A DNA stretch of 64,000 nt, from NCBI RefSeq assembly GCF_000150275.1, contig NW_002060973.1, forward strand, positions 186,001 to 250,000, read 5' to 3'. The stretch comes from Trichoplax adhaerens. Lineage: Eukaryota; Animalia; Placozoa. Shown in pieces: positions 13,575 to 27,200 of this stretch (positions within the stretch are counted from its first letter, which is position 1; each line of letters opens with the position of its first letter). The translations under genes were made by a program, and so were the position numbers. The notes beneath the pieces are model-generated. The model saw only the letters and a list, made by a program, of their open reading frames with translations, did no database searches and was not told where the DNA came from.

Positions 13575-15209
13575 GAAGCTAAGACTAAACATAGATAAGC
13601 GTATTCATTATTTCAATAATAAATTGTCTTAAAATTGTAATGTCTGTTTATTCACGCCTACACTCGATAATTTATTACTACAATTCTCATCTTTATCAAT
13701 TGGTACCATCCAAATGTTTTTATCCCTATTTTCGACTACCCGCTAGCTATAGTTCAATTATTATCCTCATCTATGATTTTTAAATCATTAATCTTCTCGT
13801 GTCATTCTTCTATATGAGTAGTTCTAGGTACAAGTTAGAAAGCCCAGCTACTGTACTGATATGATTACTACAACAAATAAGACATTATTTTCGTCAAGAG
13901 TATAAATCTTCAGTTAATAGATAAATCCGATTGAACCGAAATGATGATAAGACAATTAGAGTAATAGTGTTTTATTACACATATAGATATATATTGACGT
14001 ACGTATGTATCCATATCCGCTGCTCAAATAAATGAGATCAGAACATGAATATCAAGCATTCCTTAAATATGAAATACCCGTTAATTTACCGTACGGTGAT
14101 AAAGGTATTTATTGCAGTAAACATCGATAAAAGTAATAACTCAAAATACGCATCGTAACAAATTTGTTTTCGATTTAAATAAAATGTACTATCAAATTCT
14201 ATCTACACTGGAAATAATCGAGTCAACGCTTGGGTAAATATAATAAAATTTCTTAACCCTGTTTATATTAATTGTTATTATCACCATCACATATACATAC
14301 ACTGGGCTGATGAACCTTAAAGCGTAGTATATTGGTGAATATACAAATACATATGATACATACAGTGTAGCAATTGTATTATGTTACAAGTGAACTAATT
14401 ATAAACATGTCCAATCGCAAGTGATAATATAGAGTTGAAACAACGTATAAAAGAAGTACATGTACAATGTACATGTACTTATAGCCAACCAACAACAATT
14501 AGTATCATTAAGTAAAGGAAGAATCCTTTAAATTCGATATCATGTCAAGAAAAACTGAACACTATGAACTTATAATTGTAAGAATGACAAGTCTAAAGTA
14601 GAATTGAGCATCAGTACAAAATAGTATAGTAGTTATCATCAGTACTATTACAATAAACACAACATAGTATTTTACATATTAGCCAAGTTTACTTATGTAC
14701 TTTATCCAATTTCACTATTAAATTACAGCAGAAATATTTTCTCTGTATAATACAATTCCTATAAGCTTTCTTATCAAGTCACAAGTCAACAGCAATATGG
14801 TCATTTCTCAGTATAACAAAACATTTTATGAAAATGTTAATACGAAGAAATGAATATTTTAGAAAGAGAAAGCATAAAATTATAGCTGTACTAATACAGC
14901 TATAAAAGCGAAATAAAACCGTAACTGAAAATTTGACGTTCTAATGCAATATGAGGGAACAACATTGCGAAAATTGCGATCTGTAATTAGTTAGGACTTT
15001 TAGGAATGAACCTATTTTCCATTTAATGCGGTTAGAATCGGATACATTAACAGATATGAAAAAGATTTCAAATAGCTCATCGATAATTTTACATTATAAT
15101 AATACAATAATCGAGTCATATTGTGGAATCATTTACATTAATTGTTTTTATCTCAAAGTACAAGTACTTTTCATAAAATATTATCTTTTAATACAACTTC
15201 ATAAGAAAT

Positions 15210-18200
15210 TTAATTCATCCAACCACGACAATTTGGTGCCCCACACATGCAAGGAATCTTGTTTAGATCATCTTCGTATTCAAACTTGTAATCATAAGTT
15301 AGCTATAACAGAGAACATGAAATATTACTGTTAAGATCCTATATAAATTTAAATTTCCGTAATTAAATATAATTGATTAGCTGTCGTATCAAAATCATTA
15401 CCTCTTCCCCTTTATCGATTCTGCGATTAGATATTATAATAATTCGAGGTTCACTATCAAAGGTGACTACTTCTGCCACACAATTTGGCTATAAAATTAT
15501 TTCAAAGAGTTAGAGTTAATCAATTTTTAGATATTTATTTAGCACTATGCATTGTTTAAGCAAAGAAAACCTTCTAATCAATATCGCATACAGTATTAAT
15601 ACGAACTACAGTGAAGTCAGTTAGTAATGATAATTGCGTTGGTGCTTACCTGACATGAATGATTAATATACCTATCCATATCAAGAAAACAGACAAAATG
15701 ATGAGTTTAAATTAGTTAAAAAGTTATTATTATGGTGAGAATAATATTCAACATTTCCAATAATTTTTTATTTGTTAAAATTTTGAATATTAATTGAAAG
15801 CAAAGAAATATCTTGACTAAAGTTATATATAACTACTGTGACCATGATCAGCAAATACTATTAACTGAAATACATAATCTTTTCCATTCTTTCAACCTTG
15901 CTAATCCTCCATCTTCCGTAGCGTCAACAACAAAGTCTGGATCAATACGAAACATGTAAATGCCATGATTCTATTGGCAATGGTAAAAAGTCAAGCATTA
16001 ATTTCTATATTCCACACTATTGACATATTAAAAGCAATTCATGCGTCTATGATAACTGAGGAGATATTGTTGAAAGGCATCGAAGCTAATCAAAATAATG
16101 CTTTCATTGCATGGAATTTTTTGCCAATCGAACAATCGAAAGTTACAGATACATTTTAAAAATCTCAAGATCCAACAGAGCAGAGCAATAAAATAATAAT
16201 TTACCGCTTTTTGGTAGATTCTTTCTCGCTTATTTGCAACTTCATTTCTAATCATAGCACCAATATATTCGATAACCATTGTATTCTGTTAATAATTAAA
16301 AAAACCTAGTTATTTCGCATCTCTATAACTATCTTAACAATTATAAATTCATAAGCAAAACCTTCTCAATGTTTTTCCTTGCAAAGAGTCCAAGACCCTG
16401 ATTAATAATTTAAATTAGATTTTATGAGACTTTAACTGACCATATTGAAATTGTCGCCACGTTTATGCATAATATATCTATATATATGTCTAACATAGTT
16501 CGTAAAGGAGACATAACGAACCTGTATCAAAGATCTGCCTAGGTATATGTTACTCCTCCATTCACTTTTCAACTTTCTATATTGGGCAGTTTTGGAGTGA
16601 ACAAAGAGTTTAGTATAAGATTGATGTGTATCAAAAACGCCACCAGCAGGTGCTCTTGCTGATATTGCCGTGGAAGTACAAAGCGTATGGCGCCTACATC
16701 AAGTAGAATAAATCTGTCAAAATGTTACATCATTGAGCACTATTTATTAAAGTCATACCTTTTAAAACGACTTCTTACTACTAATTCAGTTCGAGCACAC
16801 CCAGAAGGATTAATTGCAAGTGGTAATTCCAAATAAGGACAACGACCATAACGAATTTTATAATTTTTCATCCCGTCAATCCCAGGTAGCTGAAAGAGTT
16901 AGCAATAAACGCAAAAATTTAAATAAATGTAACACTTTAGCAGATACTATATTCGTGATATATATCTATAACTCACCGATTCAAGCAGCCGAAGAATCCA
17001 GGGATCGAGTAAACCAAATAAGTCCTATTGGGTAAATTATAAATCATTACTATCAAATTAAAGCAATTGGTATTTTCACTGTATAATGTTATCTTTAATA
17101 GTAAGGATCTATTATAAACTAACTTCTCCTGTGATATAATCATCAAACAACTTTATTCGCTTGTTGTTTTCCCGTAATTGCCTAATTGATTTTAGTGATT
17201 CCTGCCACACATCTACATAGAAGCAGTAACATAGTATTTTAAATTGAGTGACAATAAGGTATAAAATTGCACTAGCACAGTTAACCTTTAGGACAATCTT
17301 TCTCGACAATTAGATGCGATTCATCTTTATGTTCAACATTGATGCTAAATTTCGGGGCACCAAAACTTTCAGTTATCTTGCAGGTGTAAAAACATCTAGT
17401 GTTATCACCATTTGGGCTCCAAAATATTCGTTTAACTTGGTATCCAGGCTAGATTTGTATTGTAACAATTGGAATTAGTTTTATAAACCAATTATGAAAT
17501 TACTGTGGGCATTATAACATTAATGTACAATCTATTTATTATTAACTGACCGGGTAAACTGCAGTTGAACTATGGAAACCACTAAGATGGCGAGGCATTA
17601 ACTGGCCCAAAGACTGAAATATTAAGCTACCGACTCTTAAGATATATCCTTTGTCAACCTGATCTTTCAAGACTCTGGAAGAAAATTTAATTCATAATAA
17701 ATTATACCTTCGTTCCTTTTCGCTAGTATTTCCAGAGTACGAAATTTGAAAGTGAAATCACCTACCTAGATATTTGCATCAGTTCGTCACGCTTGATAAA
17801 TACTAATCTACTAATTTTAAACGATTCCAAAACGATCTCGCAAGAGGCAGATTCTAAATGCTTCGAACAGTAAACAGTCTAAACCGAACATACAATAAAA
17901 AACATTCCCGTATATAAGTCGAATTATGTAATACATTTTAGCCCTCGTAATAACAAAAACAATCTCACTTTGTCAGCAAAAAATCGGCATTTGCTTTCTA
18001 CAGCGCAATAAAAGTGATAATATCGATTACAATTACGCTGATGACATTTGATCGTAGCCCCCAGTTTCTTACAAAAGAAGCAGTTCTGCAATTTAAATTT
18101 TGATATTATAATTAGATGTTTAGACAAATCGGCATCCGCATTTGAGTGTACAAATTTTGGTAAACAAAAATACTGCAGTGGCATAATGAAGCTAATTTTT

Positions 18201-21200
18201 ATACCGTTTTTTTGCCTTTAGCATAGGCATCTTGAACCATGTGTAATGCTCCATCGCAGGTTTCGTAAACATCGCAAGACCATAAAGCGCAATTGATATG
18301 TACCCATTTATCGATATCGAGGTTTAATAATCTTTCAGAATCGAGACGAAAAAGTTAAAATTTTAAGTTGTTGTATACATTTTAACAATGTCAATTACAA
18401 TCAAACACCTAACAAACCAGTAACTGTTACCTTCCTCTATATTCTGGAGCCCCGTCACCAAATTCGGAACAAAATTCACAGCATCTTTTATCACAGATAT
18501 GTTCGGGAGGAGATATTGTTGACTTTAGTTGTAGGTATAACTGAAATTGAAGTGAAAATTGGCATTTTTATGCTAGGTAATAATACTATGTAAAATATCG
18601 CAAAGATTACATATTAATTAATGATGAATACCTTATAAGACAATGACTCATTACGATCCGCTTGTGGTTTCTTTTCAAACGATTGCTTCCAATGTTTCCA
18701 ACGTAACGATTTACGTCTCCTCTAAAAATTTACAGATGTAGTCATATTAATAGTGTAAGGTAAGGGAGTTACTGTTAAACAAGATATGTTAAATAAAATT
18801 AAGTTCAAACTAACACTTGCATTCAATTTTGATAGTGTGCCAAGTGTGCTAGATTTAGTCCCTCCCTCTTCATATTGCTTATCTGTTAAAAGGTCAGTAT
18901 TAAAATTAGCTACACCTTCGCTATCTCCACATAAACTCTTCTATAAATAAAAAAATTTTTAAAGTGTGCCCTACTGTAATTACCGAAACTATTATCATGA
19001 ATTTCCATGGCTTGGTTACTATCCCGGATCTCGTCCTTTAACTCTATAAATATCAAATTGTAGGCGATAGTAAATTTTAAGCTATTTCTATTATTTGCTG
19101 TTACAATGTCGTAGGACCTTAAGTTAGTTGGCAAATCTGTATAATTGAAAACTGATGTAATGCTAATAAGATTATTTTATTGAGCTTCGGAAAAATTTCA
19201 TTAAATTTAATAACAATTATTTTACACACCTTCTTTTAAGGTGCTAGCAGGTTCTATTGCAGCATCATTACCTGCTCGAGAAAGAATCTCGTCAGTGTTG
19301 GTCGCTTGGTCACTTTCTTCTAATGGGAACTCCACATCTGAAATTTGTGGCGAACTTATAAAATCATCTTCAATATTTGTTTTTATTTCATTTGCGCCAG
19401 TAAGTCCATCATTGGATTTTAATTTTGGAAGAACGGGTTGAAACGCTAATTTATTTTCTCCACTTCCAGATATATCTGTTACGATGGATTCTTCTGTATC
19501 ATATTGAGTTTGAAGAGGATTGGAAGTACGTGGGCTCCTACCGTGTGCTAATTTTTCGCCTTGAATTGCGTCAATAGGGAGAAGTATCGGAAGTTCAGAT
19601 GAGATATTAGACGAAAGACTCGATGGAATACGAGAACGAAGTTCAGGCGGCGTGCTAGATGAGCGATTTGATGTTGGTAGATCGGATATCAAAGGATCAT
19701 CGTTTATCAGTACTTTGTCTACAATATCTTCTGGAGATGAATCATGCTGAACAAAATCTGCAGTGGTTTTAGAGCAGTCTTGCATTGTGCTATCTACGGG
19801 AGACTGAATAGAGGCATCTTCTATTTTTATCTCCGTTTCTTCCCTTTTCATTATGTTGAGGACATCATCATTGCTGTTCTGATATCCTTTACATTCATCT
19901 CCATCCGTCGACACATTAGTCCTATCTTCAGTTTTAGTTCTTGTGTCTTTCAATTCATGAATAGCCAATACACAATCTTGCGATTCATTTGGTTCAGCTA
20001 ATATAGAGTTAGATGCTTCATATTTATTGACAAATGAATCTAATTCATTGTCTTGGTGTGCACTATCGCTCATGTGACTTATTGTCGAAAAGTCTTTTTC
20101 CTCACTTAAAATAAGTGAACAACCTTGAGATTCTGATAGATTAATCATTATTGGTTCTGAAACTTCAGGAAGCTGTAGACCTTCAACTGCAGTATCCATA
20201 ATACAGTCGTCATGCTCTACTTGTTGGCAGTCGTTAGTTTCATTACAATCGTTTTCTTGGATGGCATTGTCCTTTTTTGGTGAGCTATTGCCGTCATGTT
20301 GTTTTTTACTATCGTTCATGGCTTGATTGTCATGTTCAGTTTCTATATTTTCATCTCCATCTGTAACATCGTCAGGAAGAGGAGCCATAATATTGTCAGG
20401 TAATTCTAGATCTGCTTCGTTAAATGGCGCTGTTAAATCATCCACTAGAGAATTATTTTTCTTAGTTTTACTATAAGCGATTTCCTCCACAATAGGATCC
20501 TTTATATTTTCCTTTTGATAACTTTGTAAATGTTCTTTAGCTCCCACTAAAACTTTTTGTCGTAAGTCCGTTGATTTTGCTTGTTCTGAAAATTTATTTA
20601 ATGCTTCAATCTTAGCTCTAGTAATCGGATCTGTAACACTCGTTGGATCGATCGAGGCTAGGCTATCTGCACTCTCCTTTCCTTGTTTACGACTTCTATT
20701 GCGCTTAGATTTCATTTTATTGGAAGTCATACCGCCATCGTTGTTATGGTCTCCAGCGGTGGAAGAATTCACATATACTGTTGGATAAGTTGGACTAAAT
20801 GGGCTAGTGGCTTGCATACCAGTATTATTGCCTCTATTGTTGTTAATAGGATACATGACGTTCATATTCTGCGGAGGGAGGATTTGATTTCCAATCATCA
20901 TTCGAGGAGAATTCTGAATGATAACATTATTTGATGGATTGACGTGAGCCATGGGTACAAATTGTTGCGGTAGTTCCATAGTGCGCTGATTTGGAACTGG
21001 TACCCAAGCTCGTATCGTTGGAGATTGATTGTAAGCGGGACTAATCTGTTGATTCCATTGATTGTTACTATTTAAAGTCCGTTGATTTGTGGGCGATGGT
21101 AAGACACGCGGTGGAAATGTAAATCGTGGTTGCATCGCAGCTTCTGTCCTATTCGGAGTTGATGGCAAATTCCTAGGCGTAGTATCATCCGTTCCTATAG

Positions 21201-24200
21201 CATGCATATTATTTGGCACTGGCATTACCATGTTTTGCTTTGGTAATTGCGTAGGAAATCGAATGGGACCTGGCGGCTGATTATGACTTAGCGGTGTCGC
21301 GAAAAAACCTTGCTTTACTTGTACCATGTTGTCACGATTAGGCGTCGAATTATTAGTTGTAGTAGATGGAACATTATGATATGGAACAACACCTTGAGAA
21401 TTATTGCTTGGCCAAGCTGGACGCACAGGAATTTCATTATTTGGAATGGCCTGAGCTGGATATCGATAAGTAACTATACCAGGCCTAAGTTTGGACTGAT
21501 AGTTGTTGGCATTCATAGCAGGGCGAATATAAAATCCATTGGTATTAGGCTGATTTACTGGTATCAATTGATTGCCGGTATTTGCCTGATTTTGTGGCCA
21601 TGGCTGTTGCATTGGCCGGATACCACTAGGTTGTGGAGTACGATAAGGATTCATACCTTGCTGAATATGCATTGACTGGTTATAACCATTTTGTTGATTT
21701 ACAGTTTCTTTATAAATACCGACAGGAGATTGATTGCGAGGTCTAATTTGCTGTTGATACTGGTTAAATACAGGCACAGATTGATCGCGTTGTGATGCAG
21801 AGCTTACTGTAAAGTTGGAATTGTCTGCTGTATTGGAATTCATAGTCCTAGGAATAGTTATCGTTTGTTGCTGATATGTATTTGTAACAACGGGTGCTTT
21901 ATGACATACGATCGGTTTAGGAACTGGCGTAAGATAACCATTGAGCTCTGGATGCCCTCCATTCAATTTGTACTGACCACTCTGAAGACTTTTCTGATTA
22001 CTGTTAACGCTTGTGGTCGTACCAGATACTTCATTCTTTGCATTGGCAGTAATAGCCCAGATATTACTTAAACGACTCCATGACGCAGTGACGTTTACAG
22101 GACTATCTCTCTTAGGGATAAGAGAGTTTGGTAATCGATCACTAATTACAGGATGAGAAATCGGCGGTGCTTGAGGGATTAGTATTCCCTCATCTTCTAC
22201 TTCTTCAATTTTGACGGCTGTTCTATCGTTTGTTGATTTCGAAGTAGTGTTCATTAATTTCCGATTTTCTTTAGCTTTTGATGTATATTTAGCTCTCTCT
22301 GATGGCTCTAACTTACGCCATAACCTTTCCATCACCTTAATCCTAGCTGTTATTTCTGGGTATTCACTCTTTAAATTTGGATAAATCAGATTTGCGTACA
22401 GGATAGAAGCCATCGTAGATTTATTTCCTAATGCTTCTTCGCGTTGGCACTTCATTATTTGACTGGTTTTTGCCATCTGGTTGTGTAAGCCAGATACAGA
22501 ATGAGTGGCATCGGTTTGTAATTCGGTATGATGCAGGTTATGGGGATAATTAATGTCATAAAAATTTTGAATATGAGACGTTGTTGCAGCAATGACTCCG
22601 TTGGTTTCATTGATATTCTTTGCTTGGATGGATTCCTTAGTATCGGAGCAATCTTCCAAAATATTAAATACATCATCTACTTCTATGCTGCCATTTAATA
22701 TGTCTTCGCCAATATTACCACAGTTATTGAGAATACTATCAATAATTTCATGAGGAAATTCGTCACTACCTCTGGTCGATTCTTTACTACTAAAGCCACT
22801 GCTACCAATAGAAGGAAGATGATGCGGTCGAAGCAATGGATAATTTGGATCATTACTATCCTCTAAAAAAGAATTTGGAAGGTAGGCTACATTCTGATGT
22901 TGGTGATCTTGCGGTTGAAGGTAGTGATGATATGGTAAATTATGACCTTGTTCTCCATTAATTTGATCATTGTATCGTATTGAAAAATTGTCGTCTAAAA
23001 TAGGCGATAATGTCTGATCATTGTCATTCATACTTTTCTTTATTACTTTTTTCTTCTTTCGCTTTTTTAGTAATCCATTATCATAACCCCTTTTCGATTT
23101 TTTAGTATTGATTAAGTAGGAATTCGAATCAAGGATATTAGACTTCTTCGCTTTATTTGTATGCTTCAATTTAGCAGCCAGTTTTTTCTCACGGATAAGT
23201 TTTTTCTTATCTACTTTCGCCTTAAATGTCTTTATGGTAGGAGTATCGCTAGTGTTTTCCTCACCCCATGCCACTTTTCGCTTCTTTTCTAATTTTTTCA
23301 TGTATGTAATCCCGTTCTTCGTCAACACAATTTTCGATACGATGAATCTACTCTTTGTAGATTTTTTTAATCGACCGCTACTTGGACTGTTATTTCCATT
23401 ACTGCTTTTTAAATGAATAAAAGGTATATCTTCAGATAACACCGATCCAGCACGTATTGGATTAAATTGGTCGAAATCGCTGGCTTCATAGCCTGCTTTA
23501 CGGTTTTTAACTTTATTTCCTTCATAAATATAATAATTTACTAATTTGTTGCACAAGAATACGTTAGGGTCACAAAGGGAGCATATAAAATCAATATCAG
23601 AGTACATTTTAGCATCATTTTCGTTATGGATACCTTCACAACTACCATGTAACCACCTAGTACGTGAAATAAAATGTAGGTAAGTAGTGGAAAGATATTC
23701 AGACAAAATCTGCATTAAACAACGTAATTAAATACTCTGCTTTTTTAACTACTAATCTGGTACGCTAATTGATAATTAATTAATACTAGCTAGCAGTCAT
23801 ACCTATCACAGTTGTTACATTGAACAATTATATCATCATTAACATATTTTTTGTTGCATTTTGGGCAAACGGATGTACTGGCACATGGACCACATTGAGT
23901 ATAGTTGGATGTCCACTGACAGTTAATCCCAGGAAAGTTGCTACCGCAATCATGGCATGAAACACAACTGAAAAAGCGATATAAAAGTATAATGTTATCG
24001 ATATATGACATTTTAATTAAATTCCTAATAGTTTACAATCTAAGATAAATATAATTACAACATATCCTACCGATGGCATTTCCATTCTCCTTCCGGAACC
24101 TTGTCCAATTGTGGGTTCAAACAATATGTATGATAGCTAATATCACACTCATCACATAGTAGGAGACGATCTTCATCGCCTGCCTTACCACATCCTTCAC

Positions 24201-27200
24201 ATACGGCACAGTCTAGGCATCGCCAACCATTCACGATCACAGATCGTGTCAGCTAGTTACAAAATTTTATGTTGTCGATAAATTATCAAGTTTAGATTGT
24301 AATTTAAAGTAAAAGCTCAAGGAAATTTAGTCTCACCTTAGCGGAAACGCAGTAGTGGTGGTAGGATTGTCCACATTGAAAACATGCAATTAAGGAATTA
24401 TCTATTCCCTTACCAATACTACCGCAACAGAGGCACATATCCTAAAATAATTAGTTACCAAAAAGAAACTGGTTGTTAATTAAGATTTTCTAAAACGTAT
24501 TTTTTCGAATAAACTTGATTCCTCTATTAACGATTAATGCGTCATGCTAATATTAGGTACATCTAAAATAAACAATTAAAAATTTTTTTATTTTAATCGT
24601 CAAACCTGGTGAAGAGTAAACTTGTCACGAATGGAGATTAGTACTGCGACACGATGTAGACTTTTATCACTTGATCGCTCGTTCTCAACGATTACAGGTT
24701 CCGCAGACTTTTTTTCAGGCTATTTTAAAAAAATTAAATATCGAAATGGTAGAATCATCATTTCGTTGAATAGTGGTTGGTAAATCGCAAAGATGGTACC
24801 TTTACAATTGGATGTAAAGCAGTATTATCCTCTAAAATTTTCTTTTGCTTTTTAACATATTTCGATTTCTTAGTATTGAATCGTTTACGCCGTTTATTCT
24901 AAAAAGAAGGTTCATCAAAAGATATAAAATTTGAAATTGTACCAATAATTGAATACTAAGCGTTATTTCATGGATTAGAATAAAAATAATAGTTATGTAA
25001 AGACGTAATATAGCGTTAAAATATCCACAATACTGTATAGGTTAAAGGCAATCATGATCAACAGCAGACAGTTTTCAAATAATGTTTCATTCATCCTAAT
25101 ATTAACAATACACAGCAACATACCTTGGAATTGAAATCATCATATTGCTTTGGAGAATTATGATTACTTTCAGCTACGGGTTGTAATCGATCAGTTGTTG
25201 TCGTAGATACAGAGTCGATCGGTGAAGGAACTCCACTTGTTGCTAATTTATTAATTAAAGATTTAATCCGTAAACGCATATAATGGTTAGGACAATATAC
25301 TAAAGAATTTTGTCCACTTAAATAGTTCAAAATCATATGAAAGGTCGTAAATTTGCAACAATAACAATCATTTACCGGCAATAGTTGCCGATTTTGAATC
25401 CATCTCATCTCCAACTGATAAAGTGCTATTAACGTCGTCATTTAATTTTTGAGAAGACTCGATCGGATAGTGATGACCATTCAGGGGTAATGTTGGTAGC
25501 AAAATTCCATGATCATCAATTGACTCAATCCTTTCTACTAATTGTTGCTGATCATTAACATCATATTTCTTGGGCGCGAATTTTTTGTTGATGCGTTCAC
25601 TGTGTATGCAAAAATTAAAAAACATCAATCAAATTTGCTCATAAGTCTTAACATATTCAGTACAGAATTTAAAAAAAGTGTTACTTAGTGATATAACGAA
25701 TATGAATATTTTGAAATTATAATTTAAAACTATACACCATTAAAAACAGAAATACACCCAAAAATATACAACGAAATCACAATATAAAGCGTTGAAAACA
25801 TTTCATAATTCAACCTACTTCTGTAAAGTTGATAACCTAGAATGCATAGATAAAATGAAAGGTATTATTATCTATTGATAAGATATGGCTTACCTAGGAG
25901 AGTTTTCCTCTGTCCAATAGTGTTCGCATTTTTCATTCATCTTGTCGTAATTCTTCTAATGTAGCAAATAGATAGGCGTAAAAGACAAGTTACTAAATTT
26001 GTTATGACGAGCAGTAACCTTAAGCTTAAATTAGTAAAAGACCATTTCGTTACTAGAGATATGTCAAATAAAAATTTTAATGTTTGCTATCGCCAGATAG
26101 ATGGATAAATAATTTTGGCTTGTTTTGCAAAAGCAAACAAATACTGCTATCAAGGATACTACGTTATAAGTACTCTATATTGTAGTGCATTAAATTTCTA
26201 ATTATACAAGCAAAATTATCATAGCAGCTTAATCTAATAGTAATTATAATAGAAACGTCTAGCAGATGTTTTTATATAGCTCTAACTTACTGTGCTATCC
26301 AACTTTCTTTTACCATCAGATTCCTCATCATCTTCAACAGTTTTAATTTGCCTAGTTGACTATTTAGATAACAACGGACAATCAGTATTCATTTATATAA
26401 GGATGAAATAACATGGATTGATTTTGTAATTGCGATAAGCACTTGATGATTAAAGTAGAACTACATATACTCGTATTACCCTACTATTGTATAAATCAAG
26501 CAAAGACAGCTACTGTGTAGCACAACATTCAATATGCAAGAATAAGAAACTGATATAATTAGTGATGGAAAATTACGGTATAACAACAAAAGAAATGATC
26601 ATGTTTTTGTTATCGTTATGTACCTGTTTTGCCTTTTTCGATATTCGTTTACGACCTATACATATCAATGGATAAGAATTAGTAATATATTCGTTCTATT
26701 GCTAGGCTATCTACTGTACGTTTTACAGTATTATTGTGTAGAGAAATAGTCGATATGTACAGCATTATCGGCGTAATTTAAGTTAAATTTTTATATTTGA
26801 TACTACACGCATATTCATAGTTCAGCAGTAAGGGCTTTGAGATATATCATGATTTAGAATTTTCTTTAGCTGCAACTATTAGTATGCTCTATTTGTTAGC
26901 GGATAGTGAAACGAGAAATATTAACTACAGTACTGTACAGTTGGGATCCACTACAGTGCAGTGATGTTTCGGGCCGTGTCATGAACCCCTTTGCAATATC
27001 TACGAGTATATCGGATACTCTCGTAGGCATAATTGTGGTTACTTCTTGACCGTGTATTTTCAATTTTAGAAAGTAAAATTATTGTGATCGACGATGTAAG
27101 TCATAAAATATCAAGCATAGGTAGAACAAGTTCCAAGATATTAAGAGTCATTTTCAATTAGATATGGTAGCATTTGAAGCTAAAATAAGAATTATACATG

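Noticed and set aside
19241-23416. Short ORFs antisense to or out of frame within the large KMT2C/D exon (likewise within the L1 and TPR exons)
   Set aside because: These are shadow ORFs of long coding or repetitive sequence with no recognisable domains.
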